Source: Tubiluchus corallicola
Lineage: Eukaryota; Animalia; Priapulida
Direction of reading: 5' to 3'
DNA length: 64,000 nt
Assembly (NCBI GenBank): GCA_030141605.1
Contig: JAQGDQ010000423.1
Span: 136,390-200,389 of the forward strand
Below, piece after piece: positions 12,386-26,467 of this stretch (the first letter of the stretch is position 1; each line of letters begins with the position of its first letter). The position numbers and the translations under genes are program-made. The notes under the pieces are model-generated. The model ran no database searches. It saw only the letters and a program-made list of their open reading frames with translations, and was not told where the DNA came from.

Positions 12386-12990
12386 AGAACAAGAAAAGGG
12401 GGTAACTGAAGTAGATTTCAGGAAAATCGCTTTAAAAATTTTTATTACTTTACAGCAATTTTATGCGTATATCGTACTCGCGTTAAAAGGAATTTTTGTT
12501 TGTTTTCATTTTAAATCTTCCGCAATAGTGTTTGGACGGCGCCATTACATGTGCACTACGCAAACGCAAATCTACATTACTCATCATTTCGCTTACCTGC
12601 TAGAAAAAACTCACGTAACTAGAAATAATAATTTAAAATCTTCGTGCCAGTTGGTAAAATATCGCTGACTCACCCTCCGGGGTACACCAATCACTAGCCA
12701 AAAACGTATTTTTAATCTTATTGACAAGATACAGTAATTTTAAATTTTACTTTGTTAGCAACATGTATGCTACGAATTGTTTTTCAAATTTCAAATGCTC
12801 AGTGTTATCGAAACTTGTTGTAAACGACTAACCATTAAAATGGCTGCGCCTAACAGTCATCGTGGGTGTTTAAATTTAAATTTACAAATTTAGTTTCATG
12901 CAGCGTTACTGCCGATGCAAGCCCTGCATGCAAAAAAGCAGTACGTAAGTGGCATAAAATTTCGAGAATTTTTCAAGCTTTATCTAAGTT
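12382..12990. mobile_element. Family B DNA-transposon copy (opposite orientation to 60657-61337)
   Basis: Begins TTAA-AGAACAAGAAAAGGG and is reverse-complement similar to 60690-61337. Confidence 0.7.
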
Positions 12991-13078
12991 AAGGGTACAC
13001 CTTGTAACACCCCAGGTAACTGCACAAAATAATAAGTTATTTAAAATTCGCTTATATAAAGTTAACTTGTATAAATTC

Positions 13079-14031
13079 CTTGTGCACAATAGACACATGT
13101 AAACAGCTAATCTCTTTGTGTCTTCACCACACTCTTGTAAATATTGTATTTGTATGTTTTCTGCCAACGTGTTTTATATTATATCGTTTTATTGTAGACT
13201 TTGGTCTTAGAGTTTAAATTATACAGCGTTACTGTTAACACAAACCCAGTACGCAATAAGATAACACGTAGCTTCAAGATGAATTCAAGCACTTCTACTG
13301 ATGTTTTTTGTATGTTTTTTTGCCAACGTGTTTTATATTATACTGTTTTTATTGTAGACTGTATTTTACTATTTGGTGTCATAAAATAAATAAGTAAATA
13401 AATCAAGGGTTTTCTTGTACAAAATCAAGGGTTTTCTTGTACAAAATCAAGGGCTTTCTTGCACAAAATCAAGGGTTTTCTTGCACAAAATCAAGGGTTT
13501 TCTTGTACAAAGTCAAGGGTTTTCTTGCACAAAATCAAGGGGTTTCTTGTACAAAATCAAGGGTTTTCTTGCGCAAAATCAAGGGGTTTCTTGTACAAAA
13601 TCAAGGGTTTTCTTGTGCAAAGTCAAGAGGTTTCTTGTACAAAATCAAGGGTTTTCTTGTGCAAAATCAAGGGTTTTCTTGTACAAAATCAAGGGCTTTA
13701 TTGCACAAAATCAAGGGTTTTCTTGCACAAAATCAAGGGTGTTCTTGTACAAAGTCAAGGGTTTTCTTGCACAAAATCAAGGGGTTTCTTGTACAAAATC
13801 AAGGGGTTTCTTGTACAAAATCAAGGGTTTTCTTGCGCAAAATCAAGGGGTTTCTTGTACAAAATCAAGGGTTTTCTTGTGCAAAATCAAGGGTTTTCTT
13901 GTACAAAATCAAGGGTTTTCTTGTGCAAAATCAAGGGTTTTCTTGTGCAAAATCAAGGGGTTTCTTGTACAAAATCACACAAGTCGCGCATTGTTAACTA
14001 GTGTCCAACCCCCCCCCCCCCTTGACCAATT
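13079..14031 (+). mobile_element. Dispersed repeat with an internally expanded 22-bp array; inverted homologue at 34561-34976
   Basis: Near-identical spurious ORFs 13201-13389(+) and 34655-34981(-). Both share the end ...GTCGCGCATTGTTA(A/G)CTAGTGTC...CTTGACCAATT. Confidence 0.85.
13399..13977. repeat. 22-bp minisatellite x~26
   Basis: Unit AAAATCAAGGGTTTTCTTGTAC. Confidence 0.97.
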
Positions 14032-14997
14032 GCCTCGCCGACCAGCTGCAAAATATTGCGCAAACAGTAGCAGATTAAACAGACGCACGCGCCCACTATA
14101 AAAGTTGTAGGTGTATAATAAGCTAGACAGGCACATGCACGTAATGTCCACTTATTGATCTCCCGCTGACGCTAGGAAATAAAAGCAAAACTTCACCTAG
14201 GCTATTTCTAATCAGACTCAGTTATCTGACGACCATTATAAACACAGCAATAAATCAGGCAGCACCTAAGTTTAGACTTAAATCGAATTTACACACGAGA
14301 ATTTTCACCGTGTATTTTTGCACGTCAGATATTTTTAAAGAGCTGATGATTGCAATCAAGTTATTTTTAACTCTCTTATTTTTGATTCATCAAGAACATT
14401 TAAGGACACAGATCTCAGTATCCAAGGCAAATGTTATTTGAGCTCTTTTTGTGATCATTAGCAACAATCACGTGTCATATAAGGGTCATGATCCATATAA
14501 GGCACTGTACTGCAATGACTCAGGCGTTGAATATTTTATGTTAAAGGGAACCAAACGACTGCATCTACAGACATTAGTTCAAAATAAAGTATGCGCTAAG
14601 ATATTGAAAACTACAACAGCTATTTTTAAAATCAAAACTTAGATTTAATCATAATTACCTCGGACAGTTAAATTATGTTAAACTTTCAAAGCTAGGCGCG
14701 CCTAAGTGAATTCACTAAGACTGCCAATGGCGCCTTTTTGCCACATTCGCCTAGACGACAAATAGGCGCGGTACCGTGATAAACACGATCATGAACTGCA
14801 GTGTTCGCTTCTGACGTCAGTGTGACGTAGAGCTCATTTTCGTGACATCACATTAGCGACTTATAGCAATCTTCGCTTACGCAAACGTGCACAAACTGTG
14901 GTTAATTTTTGACGTAAGTGACAGCTGCGTTCGGTTGCCATTAATTAACTTTCCAAAGTAATTATTCAAATATTAAAAACAAATGCTAACCTTTGTA

Positions 14998-16081
14998 GGA
15001 TACTCTGAGTCAAAGTTTTAGACAATGAGACAAAGAATACTTTGAGTCTGAGTTTTAGACAATGAGACAAAGAATACTTTGAGTCCAAGTTTTAGACAAT
15101 GAGACAAAGAATACTTTGAGTCCAAGTTTTAGACAATGAGACAAAGAATAGTTTGAGTCCAAGTTTTAGACAATGAGACAAAGAATACTTTGAGTCTGAG
15201 TTTTAGACAATGAGACAAAGAATACTTTGAGTCCAAGTTTTAGACAATGAGACAAAGAATACTTTGAATCCAAGTTTTAGACAATGAGACAAAGAATAGT
15301 TTGAGTCCAAGTTTTAGACAATGAGACAAAGAATACTTTGAGTCCAAGTTTTAGACAATGAGACAAAGAATACTTTGAGAGAAAGTTTTAGACAATGAGA
15401 CAAAGAATACTTTGAGTCCAAGCTTTAGACAACGAGACAAAGAATACTTTGAGTCCGAGTTTTAGACAACGAGACAAAGAATACTTTGAGTCCAAGTTTT
15501 TGACAACGAGACAAAGAATACTTTGAGTCCGAGTTTTAGACAACGAGACAAAGAATACTTTGAGTCCGAGTTTTAGACAATGAGACAAATAATACATTGA
15601 GTCCAAGTTTTAGACAATGAGACAAAGAATACTTTGAGTCCAAGTTTTAGACAATGAGACAAAGAATACATTGAGTCCAAGCTTTAGACAACGAGACAAA
15701 GAATACTTTGAGTCCGAGTTTTAGACAACGAGACAAAGAATACTTTGAGTCCAAGTTTTAGACAATGAGACAAAGAATACTTTGAGTCCAAGTTTTAGAC
15801 AATGAGACAAAGAATACATTGAGTCCGAGTTTTAGACAATGAGACAAAGAATACTTTGAGTCCAAGTTTTAGACAACGAGACAAAGAATACTTTGAGTCC
15901 AAGTTTTAGACAATGAGACAAAGAATACATTGAGTCCGAGTTTTAGACAATGAGACAAAGAATACTTTGAGTCCAAGTTTTAGACAACGAGACAAAGAAT
16001 ACTTTGAGTCCAAGTTTTAGACAATGAGACAAAGAATACTTTGAGTCCAAGTTTTAGACAATGAGACAAAGAATACTTTGA
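14998..16081. repeat. 37-bp minisatellite x~29
   Basis: Unit GAATACTTTGAGTCCAAGTTTTAGACAATGAGACAAA, period 37. Confidence 0.97.
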
Positions 16082-16384
16082 GAGAAAGTAATTCAATGAC
16101 AAGCTACTGCATTGCAAATATTTTTATTCTATAAGCAACTTCATCAGACAAACTGCTGTGAAACTCATTTCAAAATAATTTATTATTATACAAACTGGTC
16201 AATACAACGTATATTATTTTTACAAGCACTCGCACAGTAAGTTTGCAAAGCATAAGGTCAACGAATGGCTGAAAGAGGAACAAGGAGAGGCGAAGATGTG
16301 AGGTAGTGAAATGAGAAGCAAAACTGTAAAGAGTTGGGAAAAATCATATAAATGAACGAAAGTGATATTTTAGAAAGAATTAAA

Positions 16385-16460
16385 ATGTTCTACAGGTGGG
16401 ACTCGAACACAAGACCCTTTCTTTTCCAGGCAGCTATGCTAACCACTACAGTACAGAGGT
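16385..16460 (-). mobile_element. tRNA-derived (SINE-like) head fragment
   Basis: The minus strand reads ...GTAGTGGTTAGC...GTGTTCGAGTCCCACC (Pol III A/B boxes). No convincing full cloverleaf. Confidence 0.5.
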
Positions 16461-17290
16461 CTTGATTATGAGACTCAGAAATTTACTCAATAAGCCACTA
16501 GAAATCTTACAAATAGAAAACGACTTTTCACACTGGTTCAAAACATTGTACGAAAATTATCTTAGCATATAATATCCAAGTGTTTGTATTTGATTGTAAT
16601 GGAATGCCACCATGTCAAAGGTCAACCAGACAACAAGTCAAAAATATAACTGGTTAAAGCTGATCAATTTGCCCATCAGAGTAACAGCTGATTATACATT
16701 AAATGCCAATTAGTGTTTAATGTAATGAAGAATTAGTACATCTCAATGTGCCTACAGGACAATGCCTGCAAAGCTGCAGACCAGTGCCTGGCAACCAGCA
16801 CTTGTTAACACTTAAAAGCAAAAATGCATTAATGGTAATAAGATACAAAAGGCGGTGACATTACTAAAAAATCATGTAATGTCAAAGCAAGATGTTGAAA
16901 CTATATACAGTTCAGTTAACCCCCCCCCCCCCCCTTCTGTTAACTATTAAATTTGCAGATAAATTAAAAAAGATTACATGTATGTCGTGTATGTAATTAC
17001 AATACAACCCATCATCAGGCTACTTGGTCTAGTGTTTCAGCATCATTGTGTAAATTGTATAAAAAACACAGTAGAAGAACATGTACAAACAGCAAAAGCA
17101 TATGAATAAAACCACGGATGGCCAATCCCGATTTTAGACAGCCGGGAAGTACCTATGATCGAGACCCAATCGGCAAATGTATGGTCGGTATCGTCCATCA
17201 CTGTAGAAGACCCACTAATTTTTTTTTTACTTCGTTTAAAATTTTTATTTTGCATAAGACTTCCACTCCACAAATATATATTATATAATA

Positions 17291-17749
17291 CAGTAAACTC
17301 CGCATAACTCAAAATCGCAACTGAAATTTTTGCCTAACTCAAAGAATTTCAGCGGAGCGGATGAAATCCTTCGTTTTTCCCACAAAAAACATCACTTAAC
17401 TCAAAATGTATACCCCAAATAAACAATTAATCCATTAATCCATGATCCATTTAAACAAAATACATGTAATTTACATAGCTTAACTCAAAAGTGCAATTTA
17501 TACTCTAGAAAAATAAAAAGTTTCATACAACTCAAAAACATAATCGCGTTTCACTACATATTTTGTTATTCTTTAACTAATTGTCATCAAATCTTGTCGT
17601 TTATGTATAGAAGGGTTGACTTTCTACCATCTATTTAGCTCGCCCGGTCTGGAGGAGGGGTGCAGAGTTTCTAGGCCAGAAAACGGTCAACATCGCCCGA
17701 CTCAAAGTTTTTTGGATCCGGCTGGATTTGAGTTATGCGGAGTTTACGG
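17291..17749. mobile_element. pogo/Tigger-like MITE family G
   Basis: TIR CAGTAAACTCCGCATAACTCAAA / TTTGAGTTATGCGGAGTTTACGG with TA on both sides. Relatives at 29201-29652 and ~40521-40955. Confidence 0.85.
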
Positions 17750-17785
17750 TACGTCATTAAAATTCGGTGCTTCATTCGTTCTAAT

Positions 17786-18070
17786 CTTCTAGTTACGTCT
17801 TTCCATTGTTTTGTTACAACAAGATGACTTAATGAATTATTCCTTCTAGTTACGTCTTTCCATTGTTTTGTTACAACAAGATGACTTAATGAATTATTCC
17901 TTCTAGTTACGTCTTTCCATTGTTTTGTTACAACAAGATGACTTAATGAATCATTCCTTCTAGTTACGTCTCTCCATTGTTTTGTTACAACAAGATGACT
18001 TAATGAATCATTCCTTCTAGTTACGTCTCTCCATTGTTTTGTTACAACAATATGACTTAATGAATCATTC
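17786..18070. repeat. 57-bp tandem repeat x~5, about 65 nt into the FNDC3 intron
   Basis: CTTCTAGTTACGTCT at 17786, 17843 and onward. Confidence 0.95.
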
Positions 18071-18135
18071 GTCAATCGTCATTCATTCATTCATTCGTTA
18101 TGGTAATTAAAATTCTGCAATTAAATGCTACTTAC

Positions 18136-18694
18136 CCTGAATGTATTGAATCTGGTCTCCAATTGGAACGCTGAACGTCTCTCCTGGATTCACGTGAACG
18201 TGGACTATATGCTGCTGCGTAGTCGGCTGTGGCGACAGCATTTGCGGAATCATGCCTCCTCCGGGACTGTGTGGACTCCCTCCGCGAGATGAGACTTGCA
18301 CTGGCGAAGGACCCGGAGACTGGTGGTGACTACCGGGGGAATGACCTTGCGGGTAACTCGGCGAGCCGCTGTTGCGCATGCCCGAACGCGAACTTCCGTT
18401 CACACTAGTTCTATCCTGCTGCGGTTGATGTTGCGACGACGGCTGCGGCGGCGGTGGTGGTGGTTTGCTAACGCTCTTTTTCTCTCTTGCTGCCGAGTCT
18501 CTAGTAAGTATAGACTTCACAGTAAACTCTTGGCTAGATTGAGGGCCACCTGCCTTCGCTGGCTTCTGTCCCTTCTCATTCACATCACCCTGTCCTTGTT
18601 CTGCTGTCACGTTGCTAGGCAGAGGAGGTGTACACGCTGCACCCTCTTCTTCCTTTTTGAACATCGTGGCCTCCTCCGACTTTATGTTGACCAT
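18136..18694 (-). CDS. FNDC3: First coding exon of a fibronectin type III domain-containing 3 (FNDC3A/B, miles-to-go)-like protein
   Basis: GC-rich Pro/Ser/Gln-rich ORF ending QQHIVHVHVNPGETFSVPIGDQIQYIQG, matching the FNDC3 N-terminal motif (human FNDC3A QQVILVQVNPGEAFTI...CITG). Donor G|GTAAG at 18135; acceptor TTTATTTCAAG at 18741-18742. ATG at 18694, or at 18664 in a GCCACGATG Kozak context. Confidence 0.82.
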
Positions 18695-18909
18695 GAATAT
18701 GACGTATGTTACCAATTAAAGATACTGTTGTCTGCAACACCTTGAAATAAACAAGATGATTTCATATGCAGCACAGGAGATGAAGTACTAAGCATATACA
18801 AACAAACTCTCTCTGTATGCGTGCAGAGTATATTAATATATAATATATATAATAAATAATAATAAAATAAAATATAATATATATATAATAAAGGAAGTAT
18901 ATAGTAAAA

Positions 18910-19070
18910 ATATCGGTAAATTTCGGCTAATATTCGGTAAAGAAGAATTGTGAAATTCGGCTCAAATCGGTTTCGGTAAAATAAAATTTTAGTTATTCGG
19001 TTCCGCGAAAAAGGTTTGAAAAATTCGGTACTGGTTCGTTTGGTAAAATCGGGTTTCGAGTGCATCCCTA
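18910..19070. mobile_element. hAT-like MITE terminal fragment
   Basis: Ends GTGCATCCCTA (TAGGGATGCAC terminus) with repeated ATTCGG subterminal motifs. Confidence 0.55.
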
Positions 19071-20509
19071 ATAACAAATGACAAGTACACCAAAGCACTA
19101 TTACTGTCCTCTTGTTTTCTCCGGCTATAATTGTCATTAGCTTTTTTGTCAGATTTCATTTCAAGTTAATTTTTTTAATCCACTGGTTCTAAGCATCTTT
19201 TGACTGCCAGAATTTTGCCTATAATCCAAGTGTTTTTATGAACATACTATTTCTATACTATTTCTGTACATTTTCTTATCTTATCTATTATACACATATT
19301 ATATATTATTTTATCTATCTTGTGATTTCAAATGACGTTTCTGTGATGAGAACTACAATTCCTGTCTAAGTGCAGTAAATAATACGGTTTTAATAATTCA
19401 ATACGTCAGTCAACATGTTCAAGGCACCAATTCGTTAATAACCTGCAAGGAAGACAGGATTATTTTTCATATATACTACCACATTTTCAAGTCTGATATA
19501 AAGTATACAGTTCCCATTTGTAAATTCAACGAACTTCCCACTTTTGTTAAGTCGTAATTAAATGCTGAAATGTTGGCAGGAAAATTTTTATTGACCTAGA
19601 TAGCTTTTTGTGTAAATTTTAGAAAATGCTACTGCCTAAAATTTTTACTGTCTTCATGTAGTTATAGTGCCTAGTGCCAATACCTCTGGTGGCATCCAGA
19701 AGATTTTAAGAAGTACATATTATTACCATGTTATCGCTCATATACATTATGTTTGATATCGGTTTACGAGCTTTAAGCTCATGTTTCTACAAATATGTAC
19801 TGTTTTATATCATACCGATGAAAATAAATATTATCTTATCTTATCTTATCTCAACACAATATACTGCAAAAGAGTTTGTGATAATTAAATAAAAAATTAC
19901 AGACTTATTTTAAAGAGTAGATTGTTTTGATTTACAGTTTAAGATTGCGTCCAGTTTTGCTTTAACTACAAACACAGACGGACCTGCAGCTTGAATTCAG
20001 CACTCGCCCGGAATATATTTAGTTATCATTCACAGCTAAAATACGATTGTTTAATTATTAACAGTCAGTTAGGGGCTTTAATAAAAACAATTGCCTCAAA
20101 GTACACTGGTAGTTATGAAACCACACTGGTAGTTACGAAGCCTTACACGTGTGATCAGGTGAAGCCACCAAGAAAAAAATTGTGTTTCTGTCTTACCTCA
20201 TGAGCTCAAAAGATGTCAGCAGGGAGGGTGGAATTTTTTTAAAAAAAAAGTTATGTAAATGTTTAAAGGTGAATCGTGGAAAGTCTAAAATCAGTTGAAA
20301 TAAAAGTTTGTTTATTTTCCACTGGTTAGAAGTAATATTTTAAATTTTTTCATGCTTTGTTTTTTTAGTTTCGCATTACTAAATTATCATATAATTATCG
20401 ATTATTGTATAATCTCTTTTTTGTATCATGAACGTGTATATTCTAATAGTTGTGGTATAAGCGGCAACACTACTCGGATGTTAATACACCGATTTGGGGG
20501 AAAATTGAC

Positions 20510-21327
20510 ACACCACATATAAGCATAATATGTAACGACATTTTTGTACAAGTTGTACACTGCAGTTAAATAAAGAGTATTGTTTATAAACAGTGCCAGC
20601 AGTGCCAACTATAGCCCCTCCTCCACTGTTACACCACATATAAACAGAATATGTAACAACATTTTTGTACAAGTTGTACACTGCAGTTACTTAAAGAGTA
20701 TTGTTTATAAACAGTGCCAGCAGTGCCAACTATAGCCCCTCCTCCACTGTTACACCACATATAAGCATAATATGTAACAACATTTTTGTACAAGTTGTAC
20801 ACTGCAGTTACTTAAAGAGTACTGTTTATAAACAGTGCCAGCAGTGCCAACTCTAGCCTCTCCTTCACTGTCACACCACATATAAGCATAATATGTAACA
20901 ACAGTTTCGTACAAGTTGTACACTGCAGTTAAATAAAGAGTATTGTTTATAAACAGTGCCAGCAGTGCCAACTCTAGCCCTGCCTCCACTGCCACACCAC
21001 ATATAAGCATAATATGTAACAACAGTTTTGTACATGTTGTACACTGCAGTTACATAAGGAGTATTGTTTATAAACAGTGCCAGCAGTGCCAACTCTAGCC
21101 CCTCCTCCACTGTCACACCACATATAAGCATAATATGTAACGACAGTTTTGTACATGTTGTACACTGCAGTTACATAAGGAGTATTGTTTATAAACAGTG
21201 CCAGCAGTGCCAACTCTAGCCCCTCCTCCACTGTCACACCACATATAAACAGAATATGTAACAACAGTTTTGTACAAGTTGTACACTGCAGTTACATAAA
21301 GAGTACTGTTTATAAACAGTGCCAGCA
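20510..21327. repeat. 121-bp tandem repeat x~6.7
   Basis: CACCACATAT at 20511, 20632 and onward. Confidence 0.95.
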
Positions 21328-23379
21328 ACCGATCAAGTAATCAAGCCGCCTGATTTCACAAAACTATAATCCGGGGTTACAGTATTAAGTTAAATTTCCC
21401 ATGTTTACATGGCAAACGGGACGACCATTATACTAATTTTTACACATGAAAAGGGAGGGATCCAAACCCCCAACCTGGATCTGCTTCTAAAGCACACATG
21501 TGCATAATTTTCTTCATTAAAATGTACATCATACATGAAGTACAGATTCTTATTTAGAAGTACAAGCCAGAATTTTTAAGTTTAAACTCTGACGCACATG
21601 TTTTGACATTAAACCGTGTTAATTCAATTCTGTTATTTGAGTGTGAAATAAAAATTGAAATTTAAATAAAAAAGTTACGTAGCAGTTCAATGCAAAAGAA
21701 AATTCAATCGTGGCAAAAGTTAAAATCAAGATACAATTATACAACACTAAGTTTTTGACATACACTCATACATCTCTGTTTGCCAGACCTTGCTTTTATG
21801 GAAATCAGAAGAATCGGACAAAATCTGGGCCGTTAAAAAGTCCCGCATACTACGGATATAGTCTGTTGTTTCACAAGCTGACTGCTAGTTGGCGGGCCGC
21901 CACTTTGATTACATCAGGGTAAAGCATGTGCAGAAAAATATACAGTCAATTATGTGGAGTTATTTGAGACAATCGCTGACAGTTTTTATATATTTTGCAT
22001 AAGAGCGGCCCATACTAGACACCTTTGAGACAATTAGGTGATTGATTCTACATTACCATGAGTTTATTACACAGCACTACTATATGAGCTTAGAATCAGT
22101 ACATACAGATTGTTGCAGGTGCAAATGTTTTGGTCCATTACCTCTTCTCAAGGTAGAATATGCATTAGAAGCCACAATATATTAGACTGTAGCTCAACCT
22201 CTAGACTACTTTTTCTACTCTGACATTGTATAGGTGGAACGTGTCATGTACACACGTCTTTGTTGCATTTAAAAATTGTCTTATAATTATACTGCTACCT
22301 TTTACTGACATTCTGGCTTTTTCTCGACTCAATATTGGACCAACAATGTATGTATGCATTTTAGCTTTTCAATGTAACGTAGTAATCTGTAGCACTTATT
22401 TTCTAGCACTTTTATTTCACTAGATTTGTAGATGTAGTAGTTGTAGACTACAGAAAATTTGTATTTTTGCAGAATAAACTACATAGATATGGGAACGCAA
22501 CTTTGATTTGAGCGTATACATTACACAGATAATCGGTAAACTCGGACCAATGTCTCCCCGTTTTTATTCAGCAAACTGAGATAAGAGTGCAGAATTGTTA
22601 ATGGTCAAAACACAGTGCCACATAATACAATTTTGTCGAAAATTCAATTTTAAATTTTTGCTCAACCACCCGTTTCTAAAAAGTTTATTTTGCTAAGAAA
22701 AAAATTTTGATTTACATTCTGTTTTTGTTTTAGTTGATTAAGGATGGTTGTACCCAGAATGTTTCAGATGGTCTCACAATTTTTGGAATTAATATTTCTT
22801 TAAATTTAAATCTGAACAACTGAGAGGTGGCTATGTATTGTTCAACCAGTACATAGTGCTATGGCACATGTTTAAGTGAAGCTAATCAACTATTGAAACT
22901 ACTTTTAAATCATTTAGTCCACATTTACTTTAAATGCTTTTTGCAAACCCACATGAGCCACTACATGTTTAAAATATTAACTAATGCAAATAAAAACTCT
23001 GATGCAATTTGTTTTTACTTGTTAGAACCACATAAACAAACAACCTACCTTAACATTTTAAAAAAAAAATAAAAGTGTATATTAGACTACTTCGTCTATC
23101 ATCTCTACTCCTTGATACCTGCAGTATTGAAGTCCAACTTACCAAATACCTGCCACACAGCATTTGATAATATTTGCTAAATAATTTCTAAAACGACCAC
23201 GTAATATTTAGCAATCAATGGTCTTCCCGCATTACAGTCCTTCAGCCTATCCTCGCATTAATAATAAATATTATTTTAAGCCTTTTCCTTTACATGGTTT
23301 AATTAAATATTATCTAATCCTCGATAACAGCTGAGTCCTTAGCAACGCTATACAACGATGTTAATACAGGAATAACGAA

Positions 23380-23830
23380 ATAAAAACTCACTCCTAGATA
23401 AGCACCAAGTAATTCAAGCTTTTGAAAAACACAGCAGTTATAATATCAACAGCAGTGAGTCGTTTAAGCAAAATTTATGAGAAAATTTTCCCCCGAAAAT
23501 ACGAACATCCTCCATCATGAAAAAACTGAGTGCATTCTGGGATTGAGGGAGAAATTTTCACTTACACCTTGTTCAAAAAACTTTAAACATGAACAAAATG
23601 GAAAGTTTTGTATTTTCTCGTTTAACTGACAGTAAGTCTTTAAAAAATTTTAAATATCTTTACTAGCTAATATTAGAAAATAATAAATTGTAAATAACCT
23701 GAAATTGGCGGTATGTTGTGAACAATGCCCACTAGGTGGAAGTTGTGAAAATCACACGTGGCAAACGGCGGTAAAAGTGGAAACTGCGAAGTTCTTGAGC
23801 CCGAGAAATTTGTGTAACATTTAAAAAAAT
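23380..23830. promoter_or_regulatory. Candidate bidirectional promoter for FNDC3 (-) and SNRNP25 (+)
   Basis: TGCATTCTGGGA (ZNF143/Staf-like core) at 23531-23542, lying between a minus-strand donor GTGAGT (~23386-23391) and a plus-strand donor GTAAGT (~23632-23637). Both genes have acceptors upstream of their ATGs. Confidence 0.4.
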
Positions 23831-24311
23831 AAACCAGCCCTTCATAAATGGTTATTAAAGATAATAATTCTGTTTATCGAACGTTAACAGTAAAAAAATT
23901 GTTTTTCATTTTTAGTGAAAGCAAATTTAACTTACACACTTACAGTGTACACTGTTTCAATAACCGAGTTCGGCCGAAAACCGGTTTTGATATAGCAGTT
24001 GAGTGAACTTTAGTTAATGTAAATTTCTTTAGCTGAAAAATAGACTGCGTTAAAATTCCAGATTATATTCCCGATATGTAAAAAGCAGTTCGCTTTTTTG
24101 TTTAAATTGGCCTACTTATTGATAATTGTTGATAATAATTATAATATTGGTCCTTATTGTGTATCACTTAAGTAGTTACTACTTTTTAGGTTTAGCTATT
24201 TTGTGTAGAAGCTTGTATTCACAGCAAAAAGTAATGCTTTTAATGATAAAACTGCTGCTGTTTTATTTGCAGTATAACTTGTTATTTCAATGTATACCAC
24301 GAAACAGTAAA

Positions 24312-25679
24312 GGGCGCTATCACACTTTCGAACCGCCTACTTTTTTCTAGGTTATTACTCGTTTCTAGGATCCTAGGTCATTACTCTATTATTCTCCCAT
24401 CATCAGTGACAATCTCGTGTAATTTAGTCCTACATTTAGTGTATAATTAGAAATAATTACATACTGTTCACGGTTATACACTATACAGTTCTTATCGCCA
24501 TCATGTTTATGTGGGATAACATTATTAGTTTCGTATTAACTTGCGCATTATCAGCGCCTAACCTAAAAGACATTTAACACACTTTCATCTTTACCACATT
24601 TGCAAACCAAAGGCAAAACCTTTACTTTTATAATCTAATAATACTACAGTAATAAATAAAATTAATGATAAATAATTGTTGTTGCCTAAAAACAATTTCT
24701 TTGTGTATGTCAGTTCAGGTCTGACTACACACTGAAGGAGAAAGAAAGATTTCAAGAACTCTTTCCCTCAAGATGTCAGGACATTTGAAAAAACCGAACA
24801 CTTGCATACTTGCAGTCCCATATGCAATAAATGATTTTAAACTTTCCAAAAGAAAATCATAGTTCCTGAAGAATTGAAGAAGAATAACAAGAAGAACCAA
24901 AAGAAAAAAAACAATAGACAGACACAACAAGGACAAAAAAGAACAAGAACATGAAAAACAAGAAGAAAACATAGCTGAAAAATAAAAAGAAGAACAAATT
25001 AAGCGGACAGCCACACAGAACAAGAACAACAACAATAACAACAACAACACAACAAGAATGGAAACAAAAAGCAGAAGACAAAGAAAAAAGCTGAAAAAAA
25101 ATTGTGACTGATGGTAGTGATGATGGTGACAGTTGATGGTTTGATAGGTAGTGATGTTGTCGCTTGGTAATATTAATGAAAAATAGCTGGAACATACAGT
25201 AAAAATAAACATGCATATTTTTAATATTGAAAGCAATTTGTTTTTTTAATACAAGCTGACAAGCTAACAACTTAATGTACATGAAAAACAGATTTGCAGT
25301 CAATTTTGTAGGTCTGTAACTATTTGAAGGTTAAATAAATAAATAATGTATATAATAATATAATATAATACGACACAAACTCCGGTCGTTGCAACTCATA
25401 TTAATCGTAATTTTTTAAACTAAAAATACAGGTTAAAAGCCAAGTACTTCATTGTGCTATAGCGACTGCGCGTTAGTGTGTAAGACACAGTTTGTTTCTT
25501 GCGTGTTGGCAGCGGTAAGTAATGAATAATTTTAATTTGGAATTATAATGCCTACGATTCTATAATATTATGAGAATATGGTGCGTATTACGCCATGTTG
25601 GTATGCTTTACGGCCTACACGCGTAAAAACGAACAATAGGCTGGAAAAAAGTAGATGGTGCGAAAGTGTAATAGCGCCC
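24312..25679. mobile_element. ~1.37-kb non-autonomous DNA transposon with ~40-bp TIRs
   Basis: GGGCGCTATCACACTTTCGAACCGCCTACTTTTTTCTAG / CTGGAAAAAAGTAGATGGTGCGAAAGTGTAATAGCGCCC. An internal A-rich degenerate tract lies at 24870-25100. TSD unclear. Confidence 0.75.
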
Positions 25680-25715
25680 AGTATAGACTTGGTCTGTTTA
25701 AGTGTTTCTTTACAT

Positions 25716-26200
25716 CAGGGGTGTGCAAATTATCTGACTAGCCGGGCCACATTAAACTTTCCCGCAATTCCTGCAGGCCACAGGCAGTTTTGATCAAGGA
25801 GCCAAGTACAGAAAGGCCTAATAATGAGTTTTTTTGCATCCGACCTGCATACATCATTACTACTACACTCAAGAAACTATTTTAGAAGTTATTAAAATTT
25901 ATATTACAAACCATATATTTCTACTTTCAGGAGAGATAGTGGTAATTTCATTACAATGCATATTAGTAATGTGTATCACGCAGTCTGTGTAGTACAGTGT
26001 TATTAAGCTACAACTGTCTTGTAAGGGTTAATGGTATCTGATCTAGTAGAAAAAACTACCTGCACTATCTTTGGGATCGTGGCACGGACTTCAGCTGGAT
26101 ACACTCAATTAATCTCCCGGGCCGCACTTTCATTAGGTTTGACAAATCTCTTCTCGGGCCGCACAAATTCTCTCAGCGGGCCGCAATTTGCACACCCCTT
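25716..26200. mobile_element. hAT (Charlie-like) MITE family D
   Basis: TIR CAGGGGTGTGCAAATT; 8-bp TSD CTTTACAT/GTTTACAT; inverted copy at 41211-41725. Confidence 0.88.
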
Positions 26201-26467
26201 GTTTACATGGTCTCACCCTGCTGGAATCATGTTTTGCCATTTGTAATGATCCAGTGTCTCAGGGTTTTTAGGCCTGACATATTAACACTGATTTTAGCTG
26301 GTGACCATTGAACTATTTTTTATCAAATTATCTGAAAATTAATGAATTTTTTTCAGCTGTCCGAGGTGCATTTGTTATTGGTCTAGTAATTTAAATTAGA
26401 TAGCAACTGCCAACGATTAACAAGCAGAAACCAAGAGAATTATTAAACAGTGCATTTTACTAACATT

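Noticed and set aside
13415-14101. Three overlapping 180-228 aa ORFs
   Set aside because: Translations of the 22-bp minisatellite.
14998-16081. 37-bp repeats of CRISPR-like length (also the 28, 33 and 34 bp arrays)
   Set aside because: Head-to-tail units with no unique spacers, no cas genes, eukaryotic context.
24715-25303. Hydrophobic minus-strand ORFs / K-E-rich plus-strand tract with an acceptor at ~24718
   Set aside because: Low-complexity A-rich sequence inside a TIR element, with stops in the plus frames; no recognisable protein.
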